The position numbers and the translations under genes were made by a program. Shown here in pieces: positions 9,046 to 18,401 of a DNA stretch of 64,000 nt; within the stretch, counting starts at the first letter, position 1; each line of letters starts with the position of its first letter. Under the pieces are notes generated by a model. That model made no database searches and had not been told where the DNA came from. It saw nothing but the letters and a program-made list of their open reading frames with translations. Source of the stretch: an uncultured Anaerolineales bacterium (GTDB lineage Bacteria > Chloroflexota > Anaerolineae > Anaerolineales > UBA11858); the NCBI GenBank assembly GCA_964603385.1, contig CAZRUS010000006.1, forward strand, positions 33,540 through 97,539, read 5' to 3'.

Positions 9046-10449
9046 TCAGGAATCAAGGGTAGCCTGCAAAGTTCTGGCCCGTTCCTGCAGGGCTGGATTA
9101 TCCGCAAAAGCCAGCGCCTGTTCAATATGATATCCTGCTGCGGCATCCTCTCCCTCCACCGAGTATAGAATTGCCAATTGAAAATGTGCCGGTGCGTAAG
9201 TGTGATCCTCTTCCACAGCCCGGGAGAAGAATTTCCAGGCGCTGGATGGATCATCGAGGGCTAACATCACCTCCCCCATCACGGTGAGGACCTCCGGGGT
9301 TTGACCGGCGAGCTCAATGGCCGCCCGGGCAGCCGGCAATCCTACTTCTTTCAGCTGATATTTGTATTCCACGGTGAAGGTAGCCAGCCGGCTGTAATAC
9401 GTCCCGCTGCCATCGCTGAGGGCCACAGCCTGCTGGTATTTGGTCAGCGCTTCCTCCAGCTCCCCCAGAGCAGCCAACGACCGCCCCTGTTCAACATAGA
9501 CATCGGGACGATCTCCCCAGGCATCAGCGGTCTGCTGGAAATATTCCAGGGCAGTGCGGTGAGATCCCTGCCGCTGCCAGTACATCCCCAGAAATAAATT
9601 GGCCAGCGGGGAGTCTTCTTCCAGGCTCCGGGCTTTTTCCAGGGTTTGCAGGGGATCTCTTCCGGGGTCAGCAATGTGCTGCAGCGCCTCGCCTAAGTAC
9701 GCCCAGGCTTCGACATAATCAGGACGGAAGTTGACCGCTTTTTCAAAAGCCCGCACCGCCAGCTGCCAGTGGTCATATGCCCCCAGCGCCTGACCGGTCA
9801 CCACGGCGCGGTAGGCCGGCTCCTCCTCCAGATTTCCCTCAACAGCCCGGAGAATCCCTCCGGCATCCGGATATTCACGGGAGGCGGCTTCCAGGTAAGG
9901 CAGTGATTTGGGGGGATCTTCCACTGCCAGCAGCAGTCCGACCGAGCGCTGCTCTTCCAGGGAGAGTTCAGCTTCCAGGGACTGCTGGTATTCTTGCCAC
10001 TGAGTGACCGCTGCAGAAAAATTGCCCTGGACGAAATAAAGGTCGGCCAGCTTGCGATGGGAGGAAGGTTCCCCCGGCAGCTCCCGCCAGATGTCTTCCG
10101 CTTGCTCCGCATTCCCGGCAGCCAGGTAAATATCCCCCAGGAGGAGCTTCCCCGCAGGAGTGAGGCTGTTCTCCTGTGCGGCTCGTTCCAGGGCCTTCTC
10201 TGCCAGTGCCAGATCTCCAGCTTGATAAGCGGCCTTCCCAGCTGCGGCCGGGAGACTTTTTCTCCAGGGAAGTTCCTCCGACAATTCCAGGAGGGCTGCT
10301 GCCCGGGCTCGATCATCCCCAGCAAGATAAGCACGCTCCACTTCCCGGTAATTTTCGATTACGCTCATCGGAACAGGACTGAAGTTCAGCAGCACGCCGA
10401 TCACGAAAAACGCTGTCAATCCCAAGATTATTTTCCATTTTTCATTCAT
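9046..10449 (-). CDS. membrane-anchored TPR-repeat protein
   Basis: Multiple TPR-like repeats. Plausible start MNEKWKIILGLTAFFVIGVLL (signal anchor) at 10449. The extra 108 codons of the listed ORF (to 10773) are low-complexity and probably non-coding. Confidence 0.65.
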   Translation of the reverse strand: MNEKWKIILGLTAFFVIGVLLNFSPVPMSVIENYREVERAYLAGDDRARAAALLELSEELPWRKSLPAAAGKAAYQAGDLALAEKALERAAQENSLTPAGKLLLGDIYLAAGNAEQAEDIWRELPGEPSSHRKLADLYFVQGNFSAAVTQWQEYQQSLEAELSLEEQRSVGLLLAVEDPPKSLPYLEAASREYPDAGGILRAVEGNLEEEPAYRAVVTGQALGAYDHWQLAVRAFEKAVNFRPDYVEAWAYLGEALQHIADPGRDPLQTLEKARSLEEDSPLANLFLGMYWQRQGSHRTALEYFQQTADAWGDRPDVYVEQGRSLAALGELEEALTKYQQAVALSDGSGTYYSRLATFTVEYKYQLKEVGLPAARAAIELAGQTPEVLTVMGEVMLALDDPSSAWKFFSRAVEEDHTYAPAHFQLAILYSVEGEDAAAGYHIEQALAFADNPALQERARTLQATLDS

Positions 10450-10456
10450 ACCAGAG

Positions 10457-10462
10457 ATTATA
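10457..10462 (-). promoter_or_regulatory. -10 box (TATAAT) 7 nt upstream of the TPR-gene ATG; possible leaderless mRNA
   Basis: Minus strand reads TTCAAA-16 nt-TATAAT-ctctggt-ATG. There is no SD between the -10 box and the ATG. Confidence 0.3.
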
Positions 10463-11028
10463 TTGCATATTTCCGGGATTTGAACATTCCACCCGGGAAA
10501 GCGCCTGACTCTTAACCAGCGCACATATACCCCCCAAAAAAATGGCCCCGGATTGGATTTTGCCCCAGCTAATGACCATAAATCGCCCCATGGCCGGTTT
10601 GCGGTTTTGCCGGGATCACGCCTCCCTCCCACCAAGGAGAAGAAATGGAAATAAACCCGGGTGCTGAGAATCAAATCAGTCCAGAAAAAATTCATCCTGC
10701 GACGGTTTCGGCAGCTCACTTTCTGCCTGCGATCCCGGGTGAAAAGCACGAAATTGGTGCTGGCGGGCTCCAACTGCTCTCTCCGGGCTCTCCTTGTTAC
10801 CTGTTAGAGTCAGAATCTTTCGATCCAAATCCGCGGTGGATCCTGTCTGGGGGATGCAGCCGCGGAACCATTCCTTTCTGATCTCTGAGGATGAACTGCT
10901 GGGTCTTATCGAAAACAATGACTTCGGAGAGGCGTTTCTGTCAATAGATGAGTCCAAATATATCTATCGTCATGGGGAAAAGCAGCGAAAACAAAAACTG
11001 ATATCTATCGAATCCAGACGTCAGTTTG

Positions 11029-11034
11029 TATAAT
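11029..11034 (+). promoter_or_regulatory. candidate -10 box (TATAAT) upstream of etfB
   Basis: Perfect TATAAT about 67 nt upstream of the etfB TTG start, in an AT-rich stretch. The -35 is weak. Confidence 0.3.
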
Positions 11035-11100
11035 TGACCCCATGAGCATAACTCATTAAAATATTTCTTTGATGGGTGTGCGGCCAAAGAGAGGAACATT

Positions 11101-11880
11101 TTGAAGATCATCGTCTGTGTTAAACAGGTCCCGGACACAGCTGCCGATATGGCGGTGGAGGACGGAAAAATCAGCTGGGGAGATGCCTCGCTGATCATCA
11201 ATCCCTGGGATGAATTCGCTGTGGAAGCAGCCCTGGACTTAAAGGCGGAGCACGGGGGAGAAGTCATTGCCCTCAGTCTGGGAAAAGAAAAACAACTAGA
11301 AGCTATTAAGCATGCCCTGGCCATGGGAGCCGATGAGGCTGTGCTGGTCTCTGATCCGGACCTCCGAGGAGCGGACACCATCGCAGTATCCCAGGTGCTG
11401 GGAGCTGCTGTTAAGAAAATCGGCGGTGGGGATCTGGTGCTTTTCGGCCAGCAGTCAGTCGATATCACTAACGGACTGCTCCCGGTTCAGGTTGCCCGAC
11501 AGCTGGATTGGCCCTCCCTCAGCCTGGTCTCCCGTTTTGTGGAACTGTCAGCAAAAGACAGCTCGCTGACAGTGGTTCGAGCGATGGAAGAGGGCAACCA
11601 GGTTGTGACCAGTCGTCTGCCCACCGTTATCAGCATCACCAAGGATTACGGAAAACCCCGATATCCTTCTTTCATGGGAATCCGGAAAGCATCCCGGGCA
11701 GCTTTCTTCACCTGGAGTTTGTCAGAACTTGGGCTGGAGACACCGAAATCCGCTGTCTCCCGGCTCGCGGTCATTGAACCTCCGGGGAGGGAAGTGGTCA
11801 CGGAAATGGTCCCTGGCGATACCCCGCAGGAAAAAGCTCACAACCTGGTTCAGAAATTGATTGAAGCCAAGGTGATCTGA
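11101..11880 (+). CDS. etfB: electron transfer flavoprotein beta subunit
   Basis: TTG start encoding MKIIVCVKQVPD, the canonical EtfB N-terminus. GAGAGG RBS. TGATG overlap with etfA. Confidence 0.9.
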   Translation: MKIIVCVKQVPDTAADMAVEDGKISWGDASLIINPWDEFAVEAALDLKAEHGGEVIALSLGKEKQLEAIKHALAMGADEAVLVSDPDLRGADTIAVSQVLGAAVKKIGGGDLVLFGQQSVDITNGLLPVQVARQLDWPSLSLVSRFVELSAKDSSLTVVRAMEEGNQVVTSRLPTVISITKDYGKPRYPSFMGIRKASRAAFFTWSLSELGLETPKSAVSRLAVIEPPGREVVTEMVPGDTPQEKAHNLVQKLIEAKVI

Positions 11881-12923
11881 TGGGAAAGAAAATCCTTGCC
11901 TACATCGATCATCATCATGGAAACCTGCAGCCTTCCTCCTGGGAAGCCATCGGGGTAGCTGCCCGCATGGCCTCGGATCTCGGCGGAGAAGCCGCCGCTT
12001 TAATCCTTGGCTCTGATCTCAGAGAGCTCCCTGCGCAGGCAGTTCACCGCGGAGCGGATCGAGTCCTGACCGTACAGCACTATGCCCTCAAAGATTTCAT
12101 TCCCGAAATCCTGGCTGATGCCTTGAAAACCGCCGCGGAATCCTATCAGCCGGATGTGATCATTTTCCCATCCACCACCCGGGGAAAGACGCTGGCCGGT
12201 ATGGCTGCTGTGGATCTGGACAGCGGGGTGATGGGGGATGTCATTGACCTTGATTGGACAGGGGATCAGCTGACTGCCACCAGACCAATTTACGCTGGTA
12301 AACTGCTGTCCACCCTGATCTGCACGGCAAAGCCGCAAATTGTCACCCTCCAGGCACGGGCTTTTCCCCGGCCGGCACCAGATCTGGAACGGTCAGGGGA
12401 ATTCAAGGCTGTCGAGATAGACCTGGATGGGAAAAGATACCCCAGCAGGCTATCCACAATGGCAGAAAAAGAACAGAACCTCAGCCTCACAGATGCTTCA
12501 GTAATTGTCTCTGGCGGCCGAGGTACCGCCAATAATCCTCTCCACACCCCACCGTCAGAACTGGATCAAGAAGCATCTGAAATCTGGAAAGCTCAGCGGG
12601 GGTTTGAGCTGATCGAGCAGTTGGCTGATGTACTCGGTGCTGCTGTGGGTGCCAGCCGAGCGGCAGTGGATGGAGGCTATATCGAGTATGACCACCAAAT
12701 CGGACAGACAGGGAAAGTGGTCACCCCTGATCTCTACATCGCCTGCGGTATCTCTGGAGCGATTCAGCATCTGGCCGGGATGGTCAGCAGTAAAACCATC
12801 GTGGCTATCAACAAAGATCCGGATGCTCCGATATTCCAATACGCCCATTTCGGTGTCGCAGCAGATCTATATGAAATCCTTCCTGCGCTGACAGAGGAGC
12901 TGCGCTCCTACCTGGAAGGATGA
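11880..12923 (+). CDS. etfA: electron transfer flavoprotein alpha subunit
   Basis: 347 aa. C-terminal FAD-binding region GASRAAVDGGY...QIGQTGKVVTPDLYIACGISGAIQH. Translationally coupled to etfB. Confidence 0.9.
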   Translation: MGKKILAYIDHHHGNLQPSSWEAIGVAARMASDLGGEAAALILGSDLRELPAQAVHRGADRVLTVQHYALKDFIPEILADALKTAAESYQPDVIIFPSTTRGKTLAGMAAVDLDSGVMGDVIDLDWTGDQLTATRPIYAGKLLSTLICTAKPQIVTLQARAFPRPAPDLERSGEFKAVEIDLDGKRYPSRLSTMAEKEQNLSLTDASVIVSGGRGTANNPLHTPPSELDQEASEIWKAQRGFELIEQLADVLGAAVGASRAAVDGGYIEYDHQIGQTGKVVTPDLYIACGISGAIQHLAGMVSSKTIVAINKDPDAPIFQYAHFGVAADLYEILPALTEELRSYLEG

Positions 12924-13209
12924 ACTCTCAGGTCCCGAAAGCGCTCCCCCGTTTTCGTCACCCCCACCCTCTTCTTTCTCAGACCGGCACGCCACCCAGC
13001 TGTTCTGGGCATTAATTCGGGGATAACGGACTGCATTGAAAACGCGATTTGGATCTTTACGAAGAGCAGAGTTCTCCAGAAATAGCGGACCACCACCTAG
13101 CTCCTGATTCGAAAAACTTTGCTATCATAAGCCGCCCTCCCAGCTGGCGTGCTTCCGGGTACAATGAGACTGGATTTTCTTCTCCCTATCGGCTGCCCGG
13201 GTGTAGGCC

Positions 13210-14370
13210 ATGAATTCTCTCACCTCAGAATTTCTTTTAGACCCCGAAGTGGTGTTTCTCAACCATGGTTCCTTTGGAGCCTGTCCCCGCCAGGTATTTG
13301 AAACCTACCAGCGCTGGCAGCGCCTGTTGGAACATCAACCGGTGAAATTTCTCAGCCGAGATTATCTTGATCATATGCGCTCCGCTCGCAAACAGCTGGC
13401 TTCCTTTGTTAGCGCCGACCCCAGTGATCTCGCCTATATCCCCAATGCCACCTTCGGTGTCAATGTGGTCGCCCGTTCCCTGGAGCTGAAGGAAGGAGAT
13501 CAGGTGCTCCTTACCAACCATGAATACGGCGCCTGTGAGAACGTGTGGAGGTTTTTGAGCAAAAAGCTGGGGTTTCAGCTGCACGCCGTAGAGATTCCCC
13601 TTCCGCTGCCGTCCCAGGAAAACATCGCAGAAATGATCTGGAAGGAAGTGAACCCGCGGACAAAGATAATATTCCTCAGTCAAATCACCTCGCCAACCGC
13701 CGGTCAACTCCCTGCTGCGCAGATCTGCACCCGGGCCAGGAAGCAGGGAATTCTCACCATGGTGGACGGCGCCCATGTCCCCGGCCAGCTTGACCTCGAC
13801 CTGGGTGAGATCGGCGCTGATTTTTACTCCGGGAACTGCCATAAATGGCTGCTGGCGCCCAAAGGGGCTGCTTTCCTCCATGTGCGGCCGGAGCGGCAGG
13901 AGCGCATCGATCCCCTGGTGGTCAGCTGGGGGTGGGGGGATAACTCCCCCTTTCAAAGTGATTCCCGATTTCTGGATCTGCTGGAATGGTGGGGGACGAA
14001 GGACCCTTCAGCATACCTGACTGTCCCGGAAGCGATTGCCTTCCAGCGGATGCACCACTGGGAGAAAGTCCGGATTGGCTGCCGGGAGATGCTCCGCGAT
14101 CTGCTGGCTGAGATCCAAACGCTGACCGGTCTGCCTTCCCTGTACAGCGCCCCTCCCGAAGCCGATCTGCAAATGGCTGCAGCCGAGATTCCCGCCTCCT
14201 GGAAACCAGAGGGTCTGCAATCCTGGTTGTACCAAAGATACCGGATTGAAATTCCAGTCATCCAGTGGGAGGAGCGCTGGCTGATCCGTCCTTCGGTTCA
14301 GGGATACAATTCCCGGGAGGATCTTGACCTGCTGCTGGCAGCCCTGCGGGAATATCGGGATCAGGTCTAG
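13210..14370 (+). CDS. class V aminotransferase-fold PLP enzyme (isopenicillin-N epimerase/cysteine desulfurase-like)
   Basis: 386 aa. FLNHGSFGACP..., and NCHKWL contains the PLP lysine context. TAG stop at 14368-14370. Confidence 0.7.
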   Translation: MNSLTSEFLLDPEVVFLNHGSFGACPRQVFETYQRWQRLLEHQPVKFLSRDYLDHMRSARKQLASFVSADPSDLAYIPNATFGVNVVARSLELKEGDQVLLTNHEYGACENVWRFLSKKLGFQLHAVEIPLPLPSQENIAEMIWKEVNPRTKIIFLSQITSPTAGQLPAAQICTRARKQGILTMVDGAHVPGQLDLDLGEIGADFYSGNCHKWLLAPKGAAFLHVRPERQERIDPLVVSWGWGDNSPFQSDSRFLDLLEWWGTKDPSAYLTVPEAIAFQRMHHWEKVRIGCREMLRDLLAEIQTLTGLPSLYSAPPEADLQMAAAEIPASWKPEGLQSWLYQRYRIEIPVIQWEERWLIRPSVQGYNSREDLDLLLAALREYRDQV

Positions 14371-14523
14371 CGCCCGCCTGGCAGCCCGCGGGAGGAAAGC
14401 ACTCCCTCAGGAAGGACCGGGTACAATCACGGCCACCGCAGGAGCCCGATAAGGGGACTATCTGCGGAAGGATAGCAGCTGCTGGCTGGTTGTTTTCTGG
14501 GGTGTGCTCGCCGCGAAAAATAA

Positions 14524-15051
14524 TTAACGCCAAGCCTCTCGACAAATGCTGTACTGCAGCAGCCGGCGGCCGTAGAGCTCGATCTCGCCCTCCAGGGATT
14601 CTCCCAGCCTGACTGCCAATCGGATCGAGCGGGTGTTCTCTGGAAAGATCAGGCTGATCAGTTTCTCTTTTTCCAGTTGCTCAAAACCCCATTTCACCGC
14701 GGCGGATGCCCCTTCAAATGCCAGCCCACGGCCCCAGAAGCTCCGGGCCAGCATCCAGGCAATTTCCACATCCGGGAACTCATCCGGGTACTGCAAACCG
14801 ATCCGTCCGATCAACTGACCGCTGGATTTTTCCTCAACGGCCCACATCCCATACCCGCGCAGCCGCCAGTGACCGGCCATAACACAGAGCCACTGCCAGG
14901 CCTCCGCCCGGTTGAGCGGCTTTCCGGTAAAGGAAGCACAGCGCATTACCTCCGGATCAGCGACAATGGCCGCAAAGGATTCCAGATCCGCCCCCTGAAA
15001 CTGCCGGAGGATTAACCGCTCGGTGGTCAGCACGGGATCATTTTCAGCCAT
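14524..15051 (-). CDS. GNAT N-acetyltransferase (RimJ/RimL-like)
   Basis: 175 aa. Has the ERLILRQF N-terminus and the FWGRGLAFEGASA acetyl-CoA loop typical of the RimJ/RimL subfamily. Confidence 0.8.
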   Translation of the reverse strand: MAENDPVLTTERLILRQFQGADLESFAAIVADPEVMRCASFTGKPLNRAEAWQWLCVMAGHWRLRGYGMWAVEEKSSGQLIGRIGLQYPDEFPDVEIAWMLARSFWGRGLAFEGASAAVKWGFEQLEKEKLISLIFPENTRSIRLAVRLGESLEGEIELYGRRLLQYSICREAWR

Positions 15052-15188
15052 CAGGGACGGTATTCCCTCCAGGCTGCTCTCCAGGGATTCCTGAACTCCC
15101 CCTGCGTGGTCCGGGCTTTCAGGGTCGGGTAGACATGCTGCAGCTGCAGTTTGACCTCCTCCTTGGTCTGCGGGGTATTCACACCCAT
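15051..15188 (-). CDS. possible small ORF (45-58 aa) translationally coupled to the GNAT gene
   Basis: Not in the ORF track (<60 aa). Minus-strand frame MGVNTPQTKEEVKLQLQHVYPTLKARTTQGEFRNPWRAAWREYRP ends in a TGA that shares its A with the GNAT ATG (TGATG). GGAGAG lies 9 nt upstream of the ATG at 15188; an alternative ATG is at 15227. Confidence 0.2.
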   Translation of the reverse strand: MGVNTPQTKEEVKLQLQHVYPTLKARTTQGEFRNPWRAAWREYRP

Positions 15189-15447
15189 CTGGATCCGCTC
15201 TCCAGAGTCCGCTGCTGAGGATAGCATATCGGCTGAATTTCAGCGCTGCCGGAGCTCATCCCTCCTGTTGTTGTGCAGCGCGGGAGCACTGTACTCTGCC
15301 GGGAATGCCATCGATTCTTTTCCCTCAGGAGAGCGCTTTGCTCTTAGAAAACCAGTATACCTTAAGAGAAAGCGCCGGCAGTTTTTTTACCGGCGGCGCA
15401 GACTGATTTTTAAATACAATTCTTATCTTTCGCCACCCCCCTGCCGG

Positions 15448-15453
15448 TATAAT
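15448..15453 (+). promoter_or_regulatory. candidate -10 box (TATAAT) upstream of the OsmC-like gene
   Basis: Perfect TATAAT 47 nt upstream of the ATG at 15500. No convincing -35. Confidence 0.3.
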
Positions 15454-15499
15454 CAGTATCATCATCCTCATTATCCGGATACTGACAAGGAAAGGACTG

Positions 15500-15925
15500 A
15501 TGGAAACAAAAACCAAACGGGTCAAACTAGAATGGGTTCGTTCTCGAATGTTCGTGGGCACAGACCATCTGGGCAATTCCACCGCGATCGGTTATCTTCG
15601 AGATGATGACCAGGAGGGGCAGGGGATCAACCCTTCCGACATGCTGCTGCTGGCTGCCGCTTCCTGCTCAGCTTATGACGTCGTGCAGATCCTGGAGAAA
15701 GCACAGCAGCCGCTGGAAGACCTCAGGGTGGATGTATCGGCGGAGCAGAGTCAGGAACCGCCCTATCCCTATGTCTCCCTGCATTTCAGTTATCAGGTCA
15801 AAGGGAACGTTGATGCCGAAAAGCTGGAGCGGGCTATGCAGCTTTCTGAAGAGAAATACTGCTCGGTCCTGGCTACCGTCAAACCTGCCCTGACCTTTAC
15901 CAGTGATTATCAAATCGACTCCTGA
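15500..15925 (+). CDS. OsmC/Ohr-family peroxiredoxin-like protein
   Basis: 141 aa. Has the two conserved Cys contexts (AAASCSAYD and EEKYCSV) typical of OsmC. Confidence 0.8.
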   Translation: METKTKRVKLEWVRSRMFVGTDHLGNSTAIGYLRDDDQEGQGINPSDMLLLAAASCSAYDVVQILEKAQQPLEDLRVDVSAEQSQEPPYPYVSLHFSYQVKGNVDAEKLERAMQLSEEKYCSVLATVKPALTFTSDYQIDS

Positions 15926-16307
15926 TTCAACCCCAGAAGAGCTTCATCCCCAGGCCCAGCGGGGGATCGCTCATTACAATCGGGGAGAATTTTTCGAAGC
16001 CCACGAATACCTTGAGCTGGCTTGGATGGCGGCCCCTGGCCCGGAGCGTGATCTCTACCAGGGGCTGCTGCAAATCGGTGTGGCTTACTATCAAATTAAG
16101 CGGGAAAATTACCGCGGGGCCCTGAAAATGTTCCGCCGTGGACAGCGCAATCTGCGCCCTCTCCCGGACGAAATGCTGGGCATTGATGTCGAGCAGCTCC
16201 GGGTGGACGCGTATCGCGCAGAAAGCACCCTGCGCTCGCTGGGTCCGGTAGAAATTTCCCATTTTGACCGCAGTTTGTTTTCCCCGGTTCCCCTGGCAGA
16301 GAGTTAA
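15903..16307 (+). CDS. DUF309-domain protein
   Basis: GIAHYNRGEFFEAHEYLELAW...LYQGLLQIGVAYYQIKRENYRGA matches the DUF309 helical signature. GTG start overlaps the OsmC gene end. Confidence 0.7.
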   Translation: MIIKSTPDSTPEELHPQAQRGIAHYNRGEFFEAHEYLELAWMAAPGPERDLYQGLLQIGVAYYQIKRENYRGALKMFRRGQRNLRPLPDEMLGIDVEQLRVDAYRAESTLRSLGPVEISHFDRSLFSPVPLAES

Positions 16308-16400
16308 TCCCCTAACCAGTACCCTCCAGACCCCCTGCTGCCACAGCAGTTTCCTGTCCTCCCTTCCGCGGTGCAGTCCAGCTGACTCCTCAAACAATCC

Positions 16401-16428
16401 TTGCGGTCATTCAGCAAGGCGGTACAAT
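16401..16428 (+). promoter_or_regulatory. candidate sigma70-type promoter for the cNMP/TPR gene
   Basis: TTGCGG (16401-16406), 16-nt spacer, TACAAT (16423-16428), about 37 nt upstream of the ATG at 16465. Confidence 0.35.
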
Positions 16429-16464
16429 GCTAATAATCAAGGGAAATCAATCAGATCATCAACG

Positions 16465-17817
16465 ATGATGACCAATAAACACTCAGCAGCTGCATCGGAT
16501 CGCTTGATCTCAGACTTTTTTCGTGACCTGCCGGAAGAGCAGCAGCAGCGCCTGGCATCCAGGCTGAAACGCATCCAGCTCAATCCCCATACCTGTCTGG
16601 TAAAGGAAGGCAGCCAAGGCCAATTTTGGGCCATCGTCGAGAGCGGGGAGATCATCCTGTCGGACAGCAGCTCGCGGACCGGGAGACTAACAGCCGGTGA
16701 GTATTTCGGCATGGATATGCTCCGACACGGCATCCCCAGCCCCTACACCGCGCAGACAGACTCAACAGCCGTGATCTGGGTGCTGAACCGGGCAGACTGG
16801 CTGGCAATCACAGCGGACCCGGCCCCGGAGCGACCCTCCCAATCAATCCGCCCTCGATTCAGGAAGCTCCGCTGGGCGGTGCTGGGAGCTGCGTTATCTC
16901 TGCTGATGATTGTCTTCACCCTGGGCTCCACGCTGCTGGATTTTGCCACCGGTACAGTCCCTGATCTGCTGTTCGAGGCTGGTCGTCCGCAGCTGGCTGA
17001 ACGGTACCTTCGGCTGGCGGCAAAAATTCAGCCGCAGTCAGCTCATGTACAGGGTGCCCTTGGCGATCTGCTGATGCTGGCAGGAAAAAATGCCCAGGCG
17101 GTTGAGGCCTACCAAGAGTCCGTTGATCTCGACCCTTATCTCCCCTGGGTGCATAACAACCTGGGTGTGGTGCTGCTGGAAGAGGGGAACCCAGAACAGG
17201 CCGTGGTTTCCTTTCAAACCGCGGCGAACCTCAACCCGGATAGTGCTGACGCCTTCCGCAATCTGGGCAGTGCCTATCTGACCCTGGAGCGCTGGGAGGC
17301 TGCCGCCGATGCCTACTGGCAGTCCATGGTGCTGGATGGATCTCAGATCTCCACCAAAGCGGCCTGGGCTGGAGCCGTGCTGCACCGGAACCAGCTGGTA
17401 GAATCCCGACTGATCTGGCAGGATATCCTGCAGTCAGAGCCCCGCCATCCCCAGGCCCTGCAGGGACTGGGCGTGATTTCCCTGCTGGAGGATCAGCCGG
17501 AGGAAGCTTTACGATATCTGGATGCCGCCTTGTATGTTGATCCACAGAACGCTGTCACCCGACTCTATCTCGGGCTGACATTGGAGACCCTGGAGAAATC
17601 CGAGCAGGCAGCCCTGGAATATCAATATATAATAGAAAATGGAACCGATCCGGAGCTGATCAAGCTGGCTGCCACCCTGCTTGAGGTCATCCAAAGGGAA
17701 GCCGAATCAGGATTTTTTGTCCCCGGTATGCATTTCGGCCCTGTTCTTGCACTAAAGAGGGCAGACCGATCAGAATTCATGCACTCGATGATTATCGAAA
17801 GGAGATTATCGCTATGA
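16465..17817 (+). CDS. cyclic-nucleotide-binding domain / TM / TPR-repeat protein
   Basis: Likely start MMTNKHS at 16465; the listed ORF start at 16264 overlaps the DUF309 gene. cNMP-binding-like fold (LVKEGSQGQFWAIVESGEI...GEYFGMDML), one TM helix (WAVLGAALSLLMIVFTLGSTLL), then about 6 TPR repeats. Confidence 0.65.
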   Translation: MMTNKHSAAASDRLISDFFRDLPEEQQQRLASRLKRIQLNPHTCLVKEGSQGQFWAIVESGEIILSDSSSRTGRLTAGEYFGMDMLRHGIPSPYTAQTDSTAVIWVLNRADWLAITADPAPERPSQSIRPRFRKLRWAVLGAALSLLMIVFTLGSTLLDFATGTVPDLLFEAGRPQLAERYLRLAAKIQPQSAHVQGALGDLLMLAGKNAQAVEAYQESVDLDPYLPWVHNNLGVVLLEEGNPEQAVVSFQTAANLNPDSADAFRNLGSAYLTLERWEAAADAYWQSMVLDGSQISTKAAWAGAVLHRNQLVESRLIWQDILQSEPRHPQALQGLGVISLLEDQPEEALRYLDAALYVDPQNAVTRLYLGLTLETLEKSEQAALEYQYIIENGTDPELIKLAATLLEVIQREAESGFFVPGMHFGPVLALKRADRSEFMHSMIIERRLSL

Positions 17818-18245
17818 AGAAGATCCATATTTTGGCAATCGCCGCCCTTTTGGCCGCAGTGCTCATTCCAGCTGTTGTCCTGGCTGGAGGGACATTTTAC
17901 TGCAGCACGACTGCCGCAACAGACGGGGATGGGACCCTGAATAACCCCTGGATGTGCACCACCGAGGATGAATTAAACACAGTGATTGATGACAGGATCT
18001 GCGCTACCTATCTCGGTGGCAACCTCTACGAAATCTTTCCCGACTCCTATACCCTGCATGTGATCACCTACTACAGCGCTAGTGACTGCCGGGTCACTTC
18101 CTCCACTGATTTCGCCGGCTTCCCACCCGATACCGGTGTGAATATTCCCACTCCGGTAATTGTGGCAGGTGCTGCGCTGGCCGGCGCCGGTCTGGTTGCC
18201 GCTGGTATCTTCCTGAAGAATAAACAGGAAGAAGTCACCGTCTAA
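17814..18245 (+). CDS. small Cys-containing secreted protein with C-terminal sorting-signal-like tail (candidate sortase substrate)
   Basis: Signal peptide MKKIHILAIAALLAAVLIPAVVLA. C-terminus is FPPDTG, then a 26-aa hydrophobic stretch, then KNKQEE. Confidence 0.6.
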   Translation: MKKIHILAIAALLAAVLIPAVVLAGGTFYCSTTAATDGDGTLNNPWMCTTEDELNTVIDDRICATYLGGNLYEIFPDSYTLHVITYYSASDCRVTSSTDFAGFPPDTGVNIPTPVIVAGAALAGAGLVAAGIFLKNKQEEVTV

Positions 18246-18313
18246 TCTCTCCAGACGGACGAGCGCCACAGCTTCACAGGAAAAAAAGGAAGCGGCCAAA
18301 ACTTTATTAAATC

Positions 18314-18352
18314 CAGCCAGGCTGTATGTGGAAAGACCAGACAGCCTGGCTG
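18314..18352 (+). terminator. intrinsic terminator-like hairpin
   Basis: Perfect 12-bp stem: cagccaggctgt (18314-18325) pairs with acagcctggctg (18341-18352), with a 15-nt loop. Followed by a moderately T-rich tract. Lies downstream of the stop at 18245. Confidence 0.5.
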
Positions 18353-18401
18353 CGCTTGTCTGTTAATTAGTGAACCTGGTCAGGTAACGGATAGGGCTGC
18401 T

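Noticed and set aside
10471-10535. tRNA-like fragment on the minus strand (GTTCAAATCCCGG T-loop-like sequence and a possible anticodon-like hairpin).
   Set aside because: There is no acceptor stem pairing, no D-arm, the T-stem does not pair around a 7-nt loop, and there is no CCA context. The TTCAAA fits better as the -35 of the TPR-gene promoter (TTCAAA-16-TATAAT). No genuine tRNA signature was found elsewhere in the window.
10794-11033. 79-aa plus-strand ORF (…FLISEDELLGLIENNDFGEAFLSIDESKYIYRHGEKQ…) as a real small gene.
   Set aside because: No RBS precedes either candidate start, composition shifts sharply along its length, and I recognise no family. It is mentioned only within the intergenic-region finding.
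14371-14523. Promoter-like GGGTACAAT and small hairpins between the convergent aminotransferase and GNAT genes, as a possible sRNA.
   Set aside because: Only a -10-like hexamer is present, without a -35 or terminator. A transcript would run antisense into the GNAT gene. The evidence is insufficient.
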